A stretch of DNA of 64,000 nucleotides from Mobula hypostoma (lineage: Eukaryota): assembly GCF_963921235.1 (NCBI RefSeq), contig NC_086108.1:39620001-39684000 (forward strand), given 5' to 3'. The notes beneath the pieces are model-generated. The model ran no database searches. It was not told the origin of the DNA and saw only the letters and a list, made by a program, of their open reading frames with translations. Numbering within the stretch: the stretch's first letter is position 1; each line of letters starts with the position of its first letter. Shown in pieces: positions 40,040 to 52,600 of the stretch. Position numbers and translations under genes: made by a program.

Positions 40040-41644
40040 ATATACTTCCTGTAAATATTGTCAGTCACTTCACCCCGCGGGACTCTTTTTAAAAAAAGGA
40101 GGGGTGAATGTGGTAAACCATGTATATATGTTGTAACTCGGTTACCTGTCTGAATACACCCCTCTGCTGACTGCCCCTGTGGCTCCTCCCACAGAGTCCT
40201 GTATAAAGGTGTTCGCCTTGCCCCTCCCCCTCAGTCCGGGGGCAGACACTCACTGTGGAGGTCGTATTGTACAGCGAATAAAAGCCTTTCAGTATTTTAC
40301 CAAACCTCAGTCTTTTGGAGTAATTGAAGGTGCTTCAACTGACAATAATTGTTGTCATGGCTTGCAGCTTCCCATCAACCCTTCCTTTCACCGTTGCCTC
40401 CAGAATTTGGTTAACATCTTCATCAAACTGCTTCCAGAGTGATGTCATGTTAGCTGCAGCCCATTTGATCCGCCTCCTGTTAGACTACATGTTAGAGGGA
40501 TTAGTTTGCAACACTTGGAGGTTCCAGGCACTATGGGGTGACTTCGGGCTTGGTCCCTCCTTCGTCTCACCAGGTTGGACACCTGCACGTTGTGCTGCTC
40601 CTGCCCCCGCCAAACACTTCATCCTCGCTTGGTGGATCTTCAGGCCGCGATCGTTCTTGCAGATTTTGCCACATGCACACTGCTTCCTCATCGTCGTTTG
40701 TTCATTTCCTGGGTCTAATGCCACTATGTCCATCCGACTGGGGTGCTCTTCCTCCCCCCCCTATTGGGCACCCCTGGGGGTACCTTTCCCTTAGATTCAT
40801 CGTAGCTTTTGTGGGGGTCCTCCTCTCAGAGGACACAGATTGGGTTGCCAGCCTGTTCTGCCCTGGTTGCCGTCTCCCCAGTCATCACCACTCTTTTCAT
40901 GGTTAGTGGTCCATTAAGACTTTATCTATGTCCTCATAAGGCTTATTGCCAAGCTTAGCAGGTTGCAATAGACTGCATAATAAATTAAACGTGTTTGCAT
41001 CCATCACAGTCAGAAAAGTTGGAGCACTAAAATCATCTGAAAATTGATTTGCCAGTGCAAAATATTCAACCCTTTCAGTATATGAACTCCATTGCTCTGT
41101 TGTTTCATCGTATAGCCCCATACTTCCAAACATCATCAACATTTTCAAACACAATCACACTTCAGAAAAGTTAACTAGTCTTATCCGTCTCTCTCTCCCT
41201 CTTTTATTGGTTTTATTTTAAAATCCTGTTCTCGTTCTCTCGCCTCGAATTCTTCAGTCATCATGCTTCCTGTGGTCACTTTCATTTTGCTCACCCACAT
41301 TATGTAGCAGTACACCGCTAGTGTTGCACGTGGATTTTTCTTGGCTGAAGGAAACAGAACAATAAATATGGCATGAGGAATTGCCACCTCTTTGCCAGTT
41401 TTTATGTTTGTGGTACTGGGAAGCTGGGTGGCCATGAATAACACACAGAGAGCCGGGGAGGCGAGGAGCTAAGATGGTGCTGTTTATTTTGCTTGTAAGT
41501 CATCTACCCAGAATTCCCTCTCGTATTACACTCAATACGTAACACACAGGGAAGATTGACAGTGACCTGTGAGGGTCAAAATACACATGAATACATAACA
41601 CACACTATGACAAATCCTAGCATCCACATAACGTCCCTCACATA

Positions 41645-41860
41645 ATGAACTTGTGGAATTTATTACCACAAGCAGCTGTGAAGGCCAGATTGTTGTGTGT
41701 ATTTAAGACAGAACTTGATAGGTTCCTGATAGGACATGGCATCAATGGTTATGGGGAAAAGGCCGGGGAGTGGGGCTGAGGAGAGGAAAAAAAAAGATCC
41801 GCCACGATTGAATGGTAGAGCAGACTAGATGGGCCAAACAACCTAAATATGCTCTTATGA
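41645..41860 (+). mobile_element. Short CR1 3' end
   Basis: Similar to 20113-20323. Confidence 0.75.
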
Positions 41861-42912
41861 TCTATCGTCTCACTGACAGTCATACCACCCAAGACAGATT
41901 GAACAACACCCACTAACACACTTTCCTGTTCCTTGTGGGATCAGGTAATGAACTCAGACCTAATACTAGGGGGCAGCTGTACTTCCAGTCCTAGATGCTG
42001 ATACTGTGCTGTGCTGACACACAACTGATATCTCAGATGTGGGATCGACACACGGTGAGTCACTGGGCACAAGTCGCAAAGCACAGATTCCAGCTCAATA
42101 GAAGGACAAATCTCATACGGTTTCTGCCGGGACAATCTACAGAAGAAGGTTAATTAGAGCATACAACAAAATGCTTGGTGACTTGAGACATCTGGCAGAA
42201 AGTTCAATGTCAAAGATGCTGGAGAAGTTAGGCACAAAAACAGCACAAGACTTTCCACACTCTCCAGTCTGAAACTAGTAGGGCAACCGAGTCCTCCCAC
42301 TTGTGGATCCAAACACTGATGGTCAACGCTTGACTTCCTTTGCAGGATTGGCAGTCTTGAAAATGGAGTTGGGAGCTCAGACAGCCGTCATCAATGCAGG
42401 TGGTCACCTCAGTCCTCCTATTGATTCTGAGTGCTGATGTGTGATCAATACCAATGGTTCTGTAAGTAGTCCGAGCAATACATTCCACCAGTTGCAGCCA
42501 GACCCCTGACAGCAGTGTCAAGGTGAAGCAGTTTGAATCTAGACACAGAAGTGCTCAGATTCATCCTTCTTGTAGCCTAGACCCTCCCTCCCCTCTGAAC
42601 CTCACATATTTGTGATCGAGTTCCATTTAAGTAATAATATGCCTCCTTATTCCTGTTGTCTACATGCGTGACCTCACACTTCCCTACATTAAAGTCCAAT
42701 TGCCAGGTTTTTGCCTTGTTGTTTACCTGCACTGTACTTTCTCTTCAGCTGTTACACTTTATTTTGTGCAGTCTGTTAGGGTTTTGCCTTGTTCCTCGGT
42801 GCACCATGGAATGAGTCGATCTGTTTGAACAGTGTGAAAGGCAATCTTTTCACTGCATCTTGGGACACGTGACAATAGTAAACCAATACCAATTCCAATT
42901 CCACTCACTCTA

Positions 42913-44446
42913 GCTGTGTGAATTCCGGTTAATTTAGCTATGGTTAATCGGGTCAGCCGCTTATTTGGGACAACTCCTAAAGAACAAAATATACTGAGAA
43001 AATAGCTGGGATTTCCTTTGTTTATTTAGGACACTATGCTACTTAGTTGATGCAAGAGATGGTCATCCAGGTGCACCTGTGTGGCTGTTAGACACTACAC
43101 TGTGCCTGGAGTGAACAGTTGCATCAGCTGTGTGTGCTTGTGTTACATTATCCATTTCGGGCGATGGGTGCAAATTCAAAAAGCAATGATTTTTGATCAT
43201 TTTGTTTTTACTATTTTGACTTTATAAAAAAATTTTGAGAATTTTGCCACAGAAGTATTTGCCACAAAGATTACCCTACTGGACCAAGTTAAAATCCATC
43301 CACCTAACAGCACTCATTGTCAGCTGGCAGAGATAACTGGAGTGCCAATATCTATAGTACACTTGATACATCAGCAAAATAAACTGCGAGAAGAATGGGC
43401 ATTATGTGAGCAACAGGGAACATCACATGAAAGAAAGCATGAGGGTAAGGATCCGGATGTTGAAGAAGATCTCATTCAATGGTTTTTCACTGTAACTGGA
43501 TGAGGTGTGCATGCCAGCGGACCAATGTTTAAAAAAAAAACAAGTCGGAGGAGCTAGCTAAGAAGTTGAGTCACAAACATTTTAAAGCAATAGATGGTTA
43601 GTTGTCTTGAAGGAAAAGTAGGCACAACATTAAATTCATGAAAACACAAGGCGAGAAAGGTGGTGCTGCTGATGTAAGAGCAGAAATATAGAAATCTACA
43701 AAACTCCCTGACTTGCTTCAAAAATTTTGTGCAGATGATTTCTGCAGTGCTGATGAAACAGATCTTTATTATATCATGCCATTCCGGATGGTTCCCTTTC
43801 CTAAAAACACGCAACACCTTCAGGTTTATGGAAAGCAATGGGCCACATAACTGTGTTCTTCAAATACGTCAAGATCTAATATAAAAAGAAATTTGTGGGT
43901 TATTGGATAATGTGTTAAAGCTCAATGCTTTAAGGGGCTAAGAATGGGTAGTTTACCAATTGAGTGTTATGCCAACACACTCGTTGAATTCCTCCATCAG
44001 TAACCATTACAAACTAATAAACAGTTCTTTAGTGTTGTGTATTTAATATTTCAGTAATATCTGAGTAATATTGTAACTATGTTGTTTGATTAAGCATTCT
44101 TTGTTTACATTACAGGTTGTATGTAATAAGTACATGAACGACATACATCATTACACCACACTGTCATATGTGGGTGCCTCACTAAAGTAAAAACAAAACA
44201 ATCGTACACATGTTATCCCCGGGGCTGCTGTGTTTATCTTTCAATTAGTTACAAAACATAACATATGGCACTGCTCTAATTAGTCCTGTATTAATTTAAG
44301 TACATAAATTGTTACTAAGTTAAATGGTAGTTTGTCTTTTTTATACCTTTTTAACTATTTCCATGAAACTTTGGATAGTTGGTGCAGCTGCTTAATTGGG
44401 CCAAAATGTACTGGTCCCGATGTGTTCCAATTATCAGAATCCACTG
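42913..44446 (+). mobile_element. Degenerate Tigger/pogo DNA transposon
   Basis: TIR remnants (gaattccggttaatt / ccaattatcagaatccactg + TA). CENP-B HTH-like translation RKHEGKDPDVEEDLIQWF...SGPM...LAKKL..FKAIDG at ~43430-43640. Confidence 0.75.
44033..44263. repeat. Probable solo LTR inserted in the Tigger remnant
   Basis: tgttgtgt...acataaca termini, ~230 bp, interrupts the transposon 3' part. TSD is weak. Confidence 0.45.
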
Positions 44447-44534
44447 TATATCCTTTTGCAAAATCAGAGTGTCCTCATTACAAACTACTCTTCCATCTAT
44501 TTTCATAAAATTGACAAACTTCTAAACCTTACAA

Positions 44535-44832
44535 CACATACAAAATGAACAGTTGACACTTTGGGTCATGACCCTTCATCAAAGAATACCTAATCAGACA
44601 GTATATTTACAATATTATTCAAACCTTACTGAAATATTAAATACACAACAATAAAGAATGCTTATTAGTTTGTAATATTTACCGATGGAGGAATTCAACC
44701 AGTGTCCTGATGAAGGGTCACAGTCCGAAACGTCAAATGTTTATTCCTCTCCATAGATGCTGCCTGACCTGCTGAGTTCCTCCAGCATTTTGTGTGTGTT
44801 GCCTTGGATTTCCAGCATCTGCAGATTTTCTC
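44535..44832. mobile_element. Inverted Penelope pLTR pair flanking a captured local sequence
   Basis: Degenerate minus-strand hammerhead at ~44553-44582. Plus-strand CTGATGA agggtcacagtcc GAAA cgtc at 44707-44734, followed by pLTR sequence. Confidence 0.7.
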
Positions 44833-46284
44833 GTGGTGTAAACCTTACATTTTGATCATTAATGTAAATTGTAAACAATTGAGCCCAGACCTGACCCAAA
44901 ATGGCCTTTAGGTGAAGGCTGATTAGTGCACCCAGACCTGAGAGCAAGGGGTTGAAGCACAACTCCTCCAGCACCTGTCACTTCATTCCCTGAAGACCTT
45001 TGCCACCTGAAGGAACTGTAGAAAACACCAACATTCTGAAGAAATCAACAAACAACCAGTCCGTATGACTCTTCATGCTTCTTAACATCTGTTCTGCTAT
45101 GTAGAGCTGTTCTTTAAAAAGTACTGATGCCTTGAGTGTGGATATCAATCAACACGGGGCCTGCTCTCAGTACCACAACATTGTTGCCCAAGAATTAAAG
45201 CCTTCATGTTCCATTTCTCAACCAAATCATTACCGAAACTTTATTTTTCAGCAGTACATTTCAATTACATCAAATCTAACATAAATATTGTGAACCACAT
45301 GACAGAGAGAAAAAAAGAGAGGAATGCGACCAATGGGGTTGCACCCCCCAGGAGCTGGTATAATTTCATGGGCCAAATGGCCTAATTCTGTGTTGTTACA
45401 AGAATCCCATTGCAGTAAAAATCAACTAAAATATTAAAAATAAAAGTTATTCACTGGTTTAATGCCATCAATTTAAAATAACACATGGCATATTAATTTA
45501 CTTCTGAAAATTTTATTATGTTTTTAATTATAACAACATGTCTTCTGTAATGGTGTCATTAACATTTCAAGCCACAGTAGAAATATTATAAGGAAAGGGT
45601 CCAATATGTTCCAACCTATTTGAGCTGGAATACTAATTTTACTTTAATTAACATGAAAGCCAGTTAATGTTCTGATCAATTTTTAACCACAACATTAATC
45701 TATGAAAGTAAATTATGGCTGATGGTTCATAAAAATGGTACATGAACTTCATTTACTACTATCAAACATATCTTCTTATTTTTAATTTATTTACTTCATT
45801 ATCATTTACCAGATATTATTAATTAAGTATTACTTTATGTATAAAGAGGGAAGCCTGATCCAGCATTCTATAAACCTATAAATTATGTGTATGATCTCAG
45901 AAACATGTGAACAAGTAACCTTTTGAAACAGTAAATCTCTAAGAAGGATCCATCCAAAAATAGTAAGCAACATTTCTAATTATATATAGGCAGAGAAGTC
46001 AGAATTATTCCAATGATCATTATATGTAATTTAAATAATCACAGCAGCAGTGATGCTAAAATTAGGGAAGTTTTAAAAATATTTTAACAATGCTAATTGT
46101 GAATTAGAAGCTTAAAAGTTAATTGGAGGAGTACATTATTGGAGCTTTCCATACACGTTTCCAAAGTAGAGTGAGTGGCCACAGTACCAATTGCATTATG
46201 CATATTGTTTTTCTATTTCACAAAATGAAATTGATTGTTTGAGAGATCACAAACCTACAGGAAACACTGATCATAATGTAACTT

Positions 46285-46550
46285 TGGGGTGGCTCAGTGG
46301 CACAGTGGTTAGCTCAACGCCTTACAGTTCAGGCGACCCGGGTTCAATTCCCATTGCTGCCTGAAAGGAGTTTGTACATTCTCCCCGCAACCGCGTGGAT
46401 TCTTCCCACAGTCCAAAGCCCTACCGGTTGGTAGGTAGGTTAATTGCTCATTGTAAATTGTCCTGTGGTTAGACTAGGATTAAATTGGGGAATTGCTGGG
46501 TGGCGTGGCTTGAATCACTACTCCGCACTGAATCTAAATAAAATAAAAGA
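46285..46550 (+). mobile_element. tRNA-derived SINE
   Basis: A box tggcacagtgg, B box ggttcaattcc, ggagtttgtacattctcccc core, (aaata)n tail. Confidence 0.8.
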
Positions 46551-47062
46551 AAATGTACACACGCTAAAAGGAAACAGAGTGTGTCGTGTGTCATCAATTC
46601 TCTCCACCCAACTGATGCCTCCTCTGAATCACATATATGCAATTACACAGAGTGTGAACAGCATAGGAAATCTGATCAGGGCACCAGGTATGTGCTCCTG
46701 CTGTTTAAAGGGGTCATCAATTATTGGCAAGTTTGCTTGAGAGTCAGTTGAATTAGACACAACTTGAACCGAGCAAAAGTGATCTGTTTGAAGACAAAAC
46801 ATTAGCTGTGATCCTGTTAGTTCCCCAGAATCAGATACCAAGCCAAGGCCTCTCTCACAGAGGAAGTCAAAGCAGGAGAAAGGAGGGGCTATGGCTAGAA
46901 GTTTCAAAGCCTAAAGCTTTCTGGGATCAACACTTTTAACCCAAAAAGCAGTGTTTGCAAAGCAGAGGCTTTCAAATGAATGGTGAGAGATCTGCTGTCT
47001 TATGCAGAGAGCTTGAGCCTCACTTCATGTCCAGGACTACTCTGATCAGTAAGAGTGGTGAT

Positions 47063-47410
47063 GTGGTGTAACCAGTAGAGCCATTGCCTTGCACTGTTAG
47101 GGACCTGGGTTCAATCCTGACCTCAGGTGCTGTTTGATTGGAGTTTTCATTTTTTTCCGTGTGAATGCTTTGTTTTCTCTGGGTGTTCTTCTTTCCAATC
47201 ATGCCCAGAAGCTGTTCAGGTTCCTAGGTTAATTGTACTCTGTAAATTGATACAAGTGTGTAAATACATGGTAGAGTTTTGGGGATAATTCAAGAGATTG
47301 AGGGAAGAATAAGAAAGGGGTTAATAAAGGGTTGGTGTAACAAATAGTTGATGGTTGGCAAGAGCTCAGTGGATCAAAAAGCTTGTTTCCTTGCTGTATC
47401 TCCCTCTATA
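47063..47410 (+). mobile_element. tRNA-derived SINE
   Basis: ggttcaatcc B box; same family as 23785-24115. Confidence 0.7.
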
Positions 47411-47808
47411 AAAGTGAAGATCTGTGTCACCCTACCCTACTTAGTCCCCAGATTATTCCAGATATTAGAGGCTTTGCTCCTAAATTATAGAGAAATAGAT
47501 AGTCGCTGATGACTGATGGAAAGGTACACCAAGAAAAATCCTAGTACTAAAATGCTCTGGTGAGCAGGATAAGGAGGTAACCATTGGAAAAAGAAATACA
47601 AATATACAATCATAGCATTTTCATGAAACTTCACTTTCAAAAGAAATATTGTGAAGATCTCACTTTTTCCCATTTCTCTTATATTAGTTTTACCAATTAG
47701 GCGGTTGCATGGGATTAAGGATGATTTGATTCTATATGCTTTATGTGGACACTGGGTTGACTGTTAAGAAATAGGAGCAGGAGTAGGCTACCTGACCCAA
47801 AGAGTCTG

Positions 47809-48480
47809 ATTAGATTAGATTAGATTATGAGGACACTCAGTCCTCGTTTATTGTCATTTGGAAATGCATGCATTAAAAAATGATCCAATGTTCCTCCGGA
47901 GGGATACCACAAGAAACACAAGCCAAACCAAGACTAAAACTGACAAAACCACATAATTATAACATATAGTTACAACAGTGCAGAACAATACCGTAATTTG
48001 ATAAAGAGCAGACGATGGGCACGGTAAAAAAAGTCTCAAGTCCCGATAGCCCCATCATCTCACGCAGAAACTCTCCCTACGATGAACTTCCACGTGCCGC
48101 AAACTTGCAGATGCATTGGAAGCACCCTACAGCAGCCGACTCTATGAGTCCGTCCGAAAACTTCGAGCCTCTGACCAGCCCTCCGACACCGAGCACCGAG
48201 CACCATCCTCTGCCGAACGCTTCGACCCCTCCCCAGCCACCGAGCAACAAGCAAAGCCAAGGACTCGGGGCCTTCCCCTCCGGAGATTCTGGACCACACA
48301 GTAGCGGCAGTAGTGAAGCAGCCATTTCAGAAGTTTCACCAGATGTTCCTCCGTGCTCTCACATCGCTCTCCATCAAATCAGGATTGTGCACGGCACCCT
48401 ACTTGAAAGATAACAGATATCATCATCATTGGAGTGGCTGCAGCAAGCTACGTCGCGTCGCGTCGCCATCTTCTCCCTCC
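47809..48480 (-). mobile_element. Non-coding ~650-bp non-autonomous retroelement with (aatct)n tail
   Basis: Begins ggagaagatggcg on the minus strand and ends AATAAA...cataatctaatctaatc. Homologous to 55172-55787. Confidence 0.75.
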
Positions 48481-49124
48481 TGGCTGATCTGGTCATGGAC
48501 TTGCTCATTTTTCCCATAACTCTTAATTTCCCTGCTATGCAAAAATCTATCTACTGTGAGAAAGGATCTAGTGCTTTCCTGGCGTATATGACAAATAAAC
48601 TCTTATCAGGCTTCCAGCTGGGTACAGTTATCGATTTTAACCAACGTTTTGATGACAAACTGCCATCTTCATCACCAGTGATGGCCTGGGCATATCTAGT
48701 TTCTGCTATCCCACTTTGTTTACAATCAAATTCCAGTTCTTACTTAGAGTGAAACCTTCACCTTTGAGGTACTGGAGGTAAAGAATTTTAACAAAAATGA
48801 AGTGTCACTGAGTGGCGCCATTGATGCCCTTGCTGCCACTGAAAATGCTTGTTGAGAACTATCTATTAATACTCTTAGCTTTTCAAAGCAATATTAGGTT
48901 TATGCATTTCCATTCTCTGCCACTAAAGGTATCCTTTGCCTTGCAGAGATTGCACTAGTAAAATACATATTGTGCATTTGTGTTTGATAATTTTTCAATA
49001 AAGTTTTTAACCAATGCATGATCTCCATGCATCTTAAAAGAACACCTTTTTTGTCAGTCTGTCTTACAGAAAGTATGACATTCTTATCAGTGATATCGTG
49101 CCAATTCCAGAGCGAGTTCCGAAC

Positions 49125-49432
49125 CGGAAGCTGGGCCGCCTCAGCCACGTAGCGGTGGCAATGCCGGAGATGGAGCGGGCTGTGCCTTTTACCGGGAGGC
49201 GCTGGGCGGCCGGGTGGGTGAGCCGGTGGTTCTGCCCGAGCACGGCGTCAGCGCGGCCTTCGTGGAGCTGGGCAACACCAAGTTGGAACTGCTGGAGCCA
49301 CTGGGCGAGCGCAGCCCGATCCTCAGCTTCCTCCGCAAGAACCCTGGCGGCGGCATCCACCACGTTTGCCTGGAGGTGGACCACATGGCCACTGTCCTTC
49401 AGCAGCTGCGGGCCCAGCAGGTGCGTACCCTG
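49125..49432 (+). pseudogene. MCEE: Methylmalonyl-CoA epimerase fragment, frameshifted and C-terminally truncated
   Basis: KLGRLSHVAVAMPEMERA [1-nt frameshift ~49185] YREALGGRVGEPVVLPEHGVSAAFVELGNTKLELLEPLGERSPILSFLRKNPGGGIHHVCLEVDHMATVLQQLRAQQVRTL matches the MCEE VOC/glyoxalase-fold core. Confidence 0.9.
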
Positions 49433-49632
49433 TTGCCGCCTCTTGGTGAGGCCGAGGTCAGGGCCCGGCCCTGGGCCGCCCGCCGCCACCGCACCATCGG
49501 CAGCCTGCAGCCAGTGCGAGGCAGCGGCGGGTGGAGGGGGCGAGGCCCAAGGCCTGGAGCTGGCCTGCCGCTCATCGTGACCGCCGCCGCCCACCCCCGC
49601 CACCTGGTACGGCCAGCGCAGCAGCGAGCTGC

Positions 49633-52600
49633 GAGCCCACTTCCATAGGCCAGTAACCAAGGTGATCATCCCAACGGTGGAGCAGGCGGAAGAGGAGACA
49701 TCTCCCAACGGCTGCAAAGGCCGATGAGGATGCCCAACAATGGGTAGGGAGGCTTGCGAGCACGCCGCAAGAACTGCCGTAGACCCACAACACTCAGGGC
49801 TTGTCTACCTAGCGTGTGAAGCCTGGATTCGGCGGACTGCGCAGAAGAAACCATCACTGGTTCAACGGGCAGAAAGGCGATTCTCAGTAATGCGTCGTGG
49901 AGCGCTAAGAGGGCACAGTGAGACACACAGAACACTGCTGGCCATCCACTGCATCCTGACCTATCTCCAGCCGTCTCGACTATGTCTTGCCACTGGGTCC
50001 AGATAGGCCGGGACGAGAAAGTGAGGCTGACGACCTGCGCAACTCTCCCTCACTTTAATCCAAGTCAAGCGCAAGTCCTGACTTCAAACCCAACGCGCAA
50101 CACCTAAAGTCCTGTGGCGATGGGGGAGTGGCGAAGCAGCAGGTACGGATACAGTGGAAGCTGTAGTCACAAACCTGCACACAGGCGTACCAGGGCATAG
50201 GGTCGCTCTCTACTGGACCGAAGCAGCTGTTGAGTTCGGCAGCCCCCTGGGTGTCTGAGCAGCCCTCTTTCGGATCGCTCTGCTCACCTCCATGGAGGAA
50301 GGGGCTGGAAAAGGTGCCTCCAACATAGTCTGCTTCACTTCACCCTGGCCAGCTTACCGCGGCTGGTGGGGATCCCTCATAGCGGTCGACCTACAACAGT
50401 GAAGAAGAAAGTGATGGTGCTCACCCTTGGCACATGGAACGTGAGAACTCTGCGAGATAACATCAAGGCAGACAGACCAGAGAGAAGAACCGCACTGGTT
50501 GCAAAAGAGCTAGCTCGCTACAACGTGGACATAGCAGCTCTCAGCGAAACGCCCCCAACAGACAAGGGCCAGCTGACAGAACGTAGCGGTGGATACACGT
50601 TCTTCTGGAGCGGTCGCAGCAGCGCTGAACGACGAGAAGCAGGCGTGGGATTTGCCATCAATTCTAACCTCGCCCGTAAACTCATCAAGCACCCAGAGAG
50701 CATCAACGACCGCCTGATGACACTTCAGCTCCCACTTGCAAACAAGAAGAGTGCTACGCTGATTAGTGCCTACGCTCCCACCATGACCAACCCAGATGAC
50801 ATTAAAGACAAGTTCTACGAAGAACTCGACGCCCTCATCTCAGCAATCCCACAGTCAGAGAAGCTCATCATTCTTGGGGACTTCAATGCCAGAGTAGGGA
50901 CAGACTACCAAACCTGGGAAGGGATCATTGGAAGACACGGCACTGGCAAGTGTAACAACAATGGCCTTCTGCTCCTCAAGACATGTGCCACACACGACCT
51001 TGTCATCACCAACACCCTGTTCCGCCTACACACCTGTAAGAAGACGTCATGGATGCACCCACGCTCGAAGCACTGGCATCTGATTGACTACATCATCACC
51101 AGGAAGAGGGACAGGATGGATGTCAGAGTGACAAGGGCCATGTGTGGTGCTGACTGCTGGACTGATCACCGCCTCATTGTGTCCAAGTTCAGGCTTCGCA
51201 TTCTGCCCATGAGAAGACCCCAAGGGCAGAAGACGGCAAAGAGGCTGAATGTCTCCAAGCTGAAAAGCGGCAGGGTTGCAGAAGAACTCGTCGATGACCT
51301 TGAAGGCAGACTGTCAGACACACCACAGGATGATGGGACCAGCGTTGAGGAACAGTGGACGGCCTTCAGAGATGCTGTCTACACTACCGCCCTCGAACAT
51401 CTCGGACCAGCAGCTCGAAGAAACCAAGACTGGTTCGATGAGAATGATGAAGAAATACAGGCACTACTAACGGTGAAACATCAACATTACAGAGCGCATC
51501 AGAACGACCCCACGTCGCTAGCCAAGAAAGATGCCTTTACCAACGCAAGAAGAAAGGTGCAGAAAAAATTTTGTGAGATGCAGGACAGCTGGTTCAGCAA
51601 GAAGGCCGATGAAATCCAGGGCTATGCAGACAGCTACAACATAAAGCGCTTCTACGATGCGCTTAAGGCTGTATACGGACCCCAGTCCTCCGGCTCCTCA
51701 CCCCTCCTCAACGCAGATGAGACGCAGCTGCTGACAGAGAAGAAGCAGATTCTGGATCGGTGGGCTGAGCACTTTAACAACGTCCTTAACCGCCCTGCTG
51801 ACATCAACGACGAGGCCATTGCCCACCTGCCCCAGGTAGAGATCAACAAGAATCTCGACACCCTCCCCACAGTAGATGAAGTCAGGAAGGGAGTGAAGCA
51901 ACTCTCCTGTGGCAAAGCGCCAGGACCCGATGCAATCCCTGCTGAGGTATACAAAGCAGGAGGCCCTATCATGATGCAAAAGCTGACTGTACTCTTCCAG
52001 TCCATGTGGAAAAAGGGACAGGTCCCGCAACAGCTGAAAGATGCCAGCATAGTCCGCATCTACAAGAGGAAAGGCAACCGCCAGTCTTGCGACAGCCACC
52101 GAGGCATCTCCCTCTTGTCCATTGCGGGGAAGATTCTGGCCCGCGTCCTGCTCAACCGCTTTCTCCAACATCTTGAGCAAGGTCTGCTCCCAGAAAGCCA
52201 GTGCGGCTTCCGTGCTGAACGTGGGACCGCGGACATGATTTTTGCTGCGCGCCAACTCCAGGAAAAATGCCAGGAGCAACACAGCGACCTCTTCGTGACC
52301 TTTGTCGATCTAACCAAGGCTTTCGATACGGTCAGCAGAGAAGGCTTGTGGAAGATCATGGAGAAGTTTGGCTGCCCCAGCAAGTTCATCACAATCGTCC
52401 GGCAGTTCCACGACGGTATGATGGTGAAAGTTCTGGATGACGGCGACAAGTCGGAGGCCTTCCCAGTGACAAATGGCATCAAACAAGGCTGTGTTCTTGC
52501 CCCGACTCTGTTCAGTATGGTATTCTCTGCCATGCTGACAGATGCCTTCCATAACTACGAAGAAGGAATCCACGTCAGGTACAGGACTGACGGCAGGTTG

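Larger units (their letters stand above)
35894..40337 (+). mobile_element. Young full-length Gypsy LTR retrotransposon (4.44 kb)
   Basis: 229-bp LTRs at 35894-36122 and 40109-40337 (5 mismatches by hand count), TSD actga, PPT aaaaaaaggagggg at 40091-40104, gag-PR-RT-RH-IN order. Confidence 0.97.
35459..40903 (-). mobile_element. Internally deleted Hero-like (RLE non-LTR) element, ~1 kb net, split by a younger LTR element
   Basis: 5' part (40343-40903) has the zinc finger CACGKICKNDRGLKIHQARMKC. The ORF continues across the insertion (TIIVS|IAAECFGEEEK), then jumps near 35815 to the C-terminal GWRAMCLPVEV..RGF and AAERASKWLWLKR. Confidence 0.75.
30596..41600 (-). mobile_element. Old, heavily interrupted Gypsy LTR retrotransposon (outer element of the nest)
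   Basis: Diverged ~200-bp LTRs at 30596-30797 and ~41400-41600, both ending aaaatacacatgaatacataaca. TSD cacac at 30591-30595 and 41601-41605; degenerate PBS at ~41387-41397. gag at 40903-41154 resumes at ~35458; protease/RT/RH ~34900-33420; integrase ~32075-31320. Confidence 0.88.

Noticed and set aside
46285..46360. tRNA gene
   Set aside because: The A/B boxes run into a SINE body and tail; no complete cloverleaf.
49125..49432. Bacterial contamination or a functional mce gene
   Set aside because: Frameshifted, truncated, contiguous with a eukaryotic LINE, and the KLGRL start resembles the eukaryotic form.
49633..50360. HDV-like ribozyme in the RTE 5' UTR
   Set aside because: Known for some RTE elements, but I could not build the nested double pseudoknot by eye.
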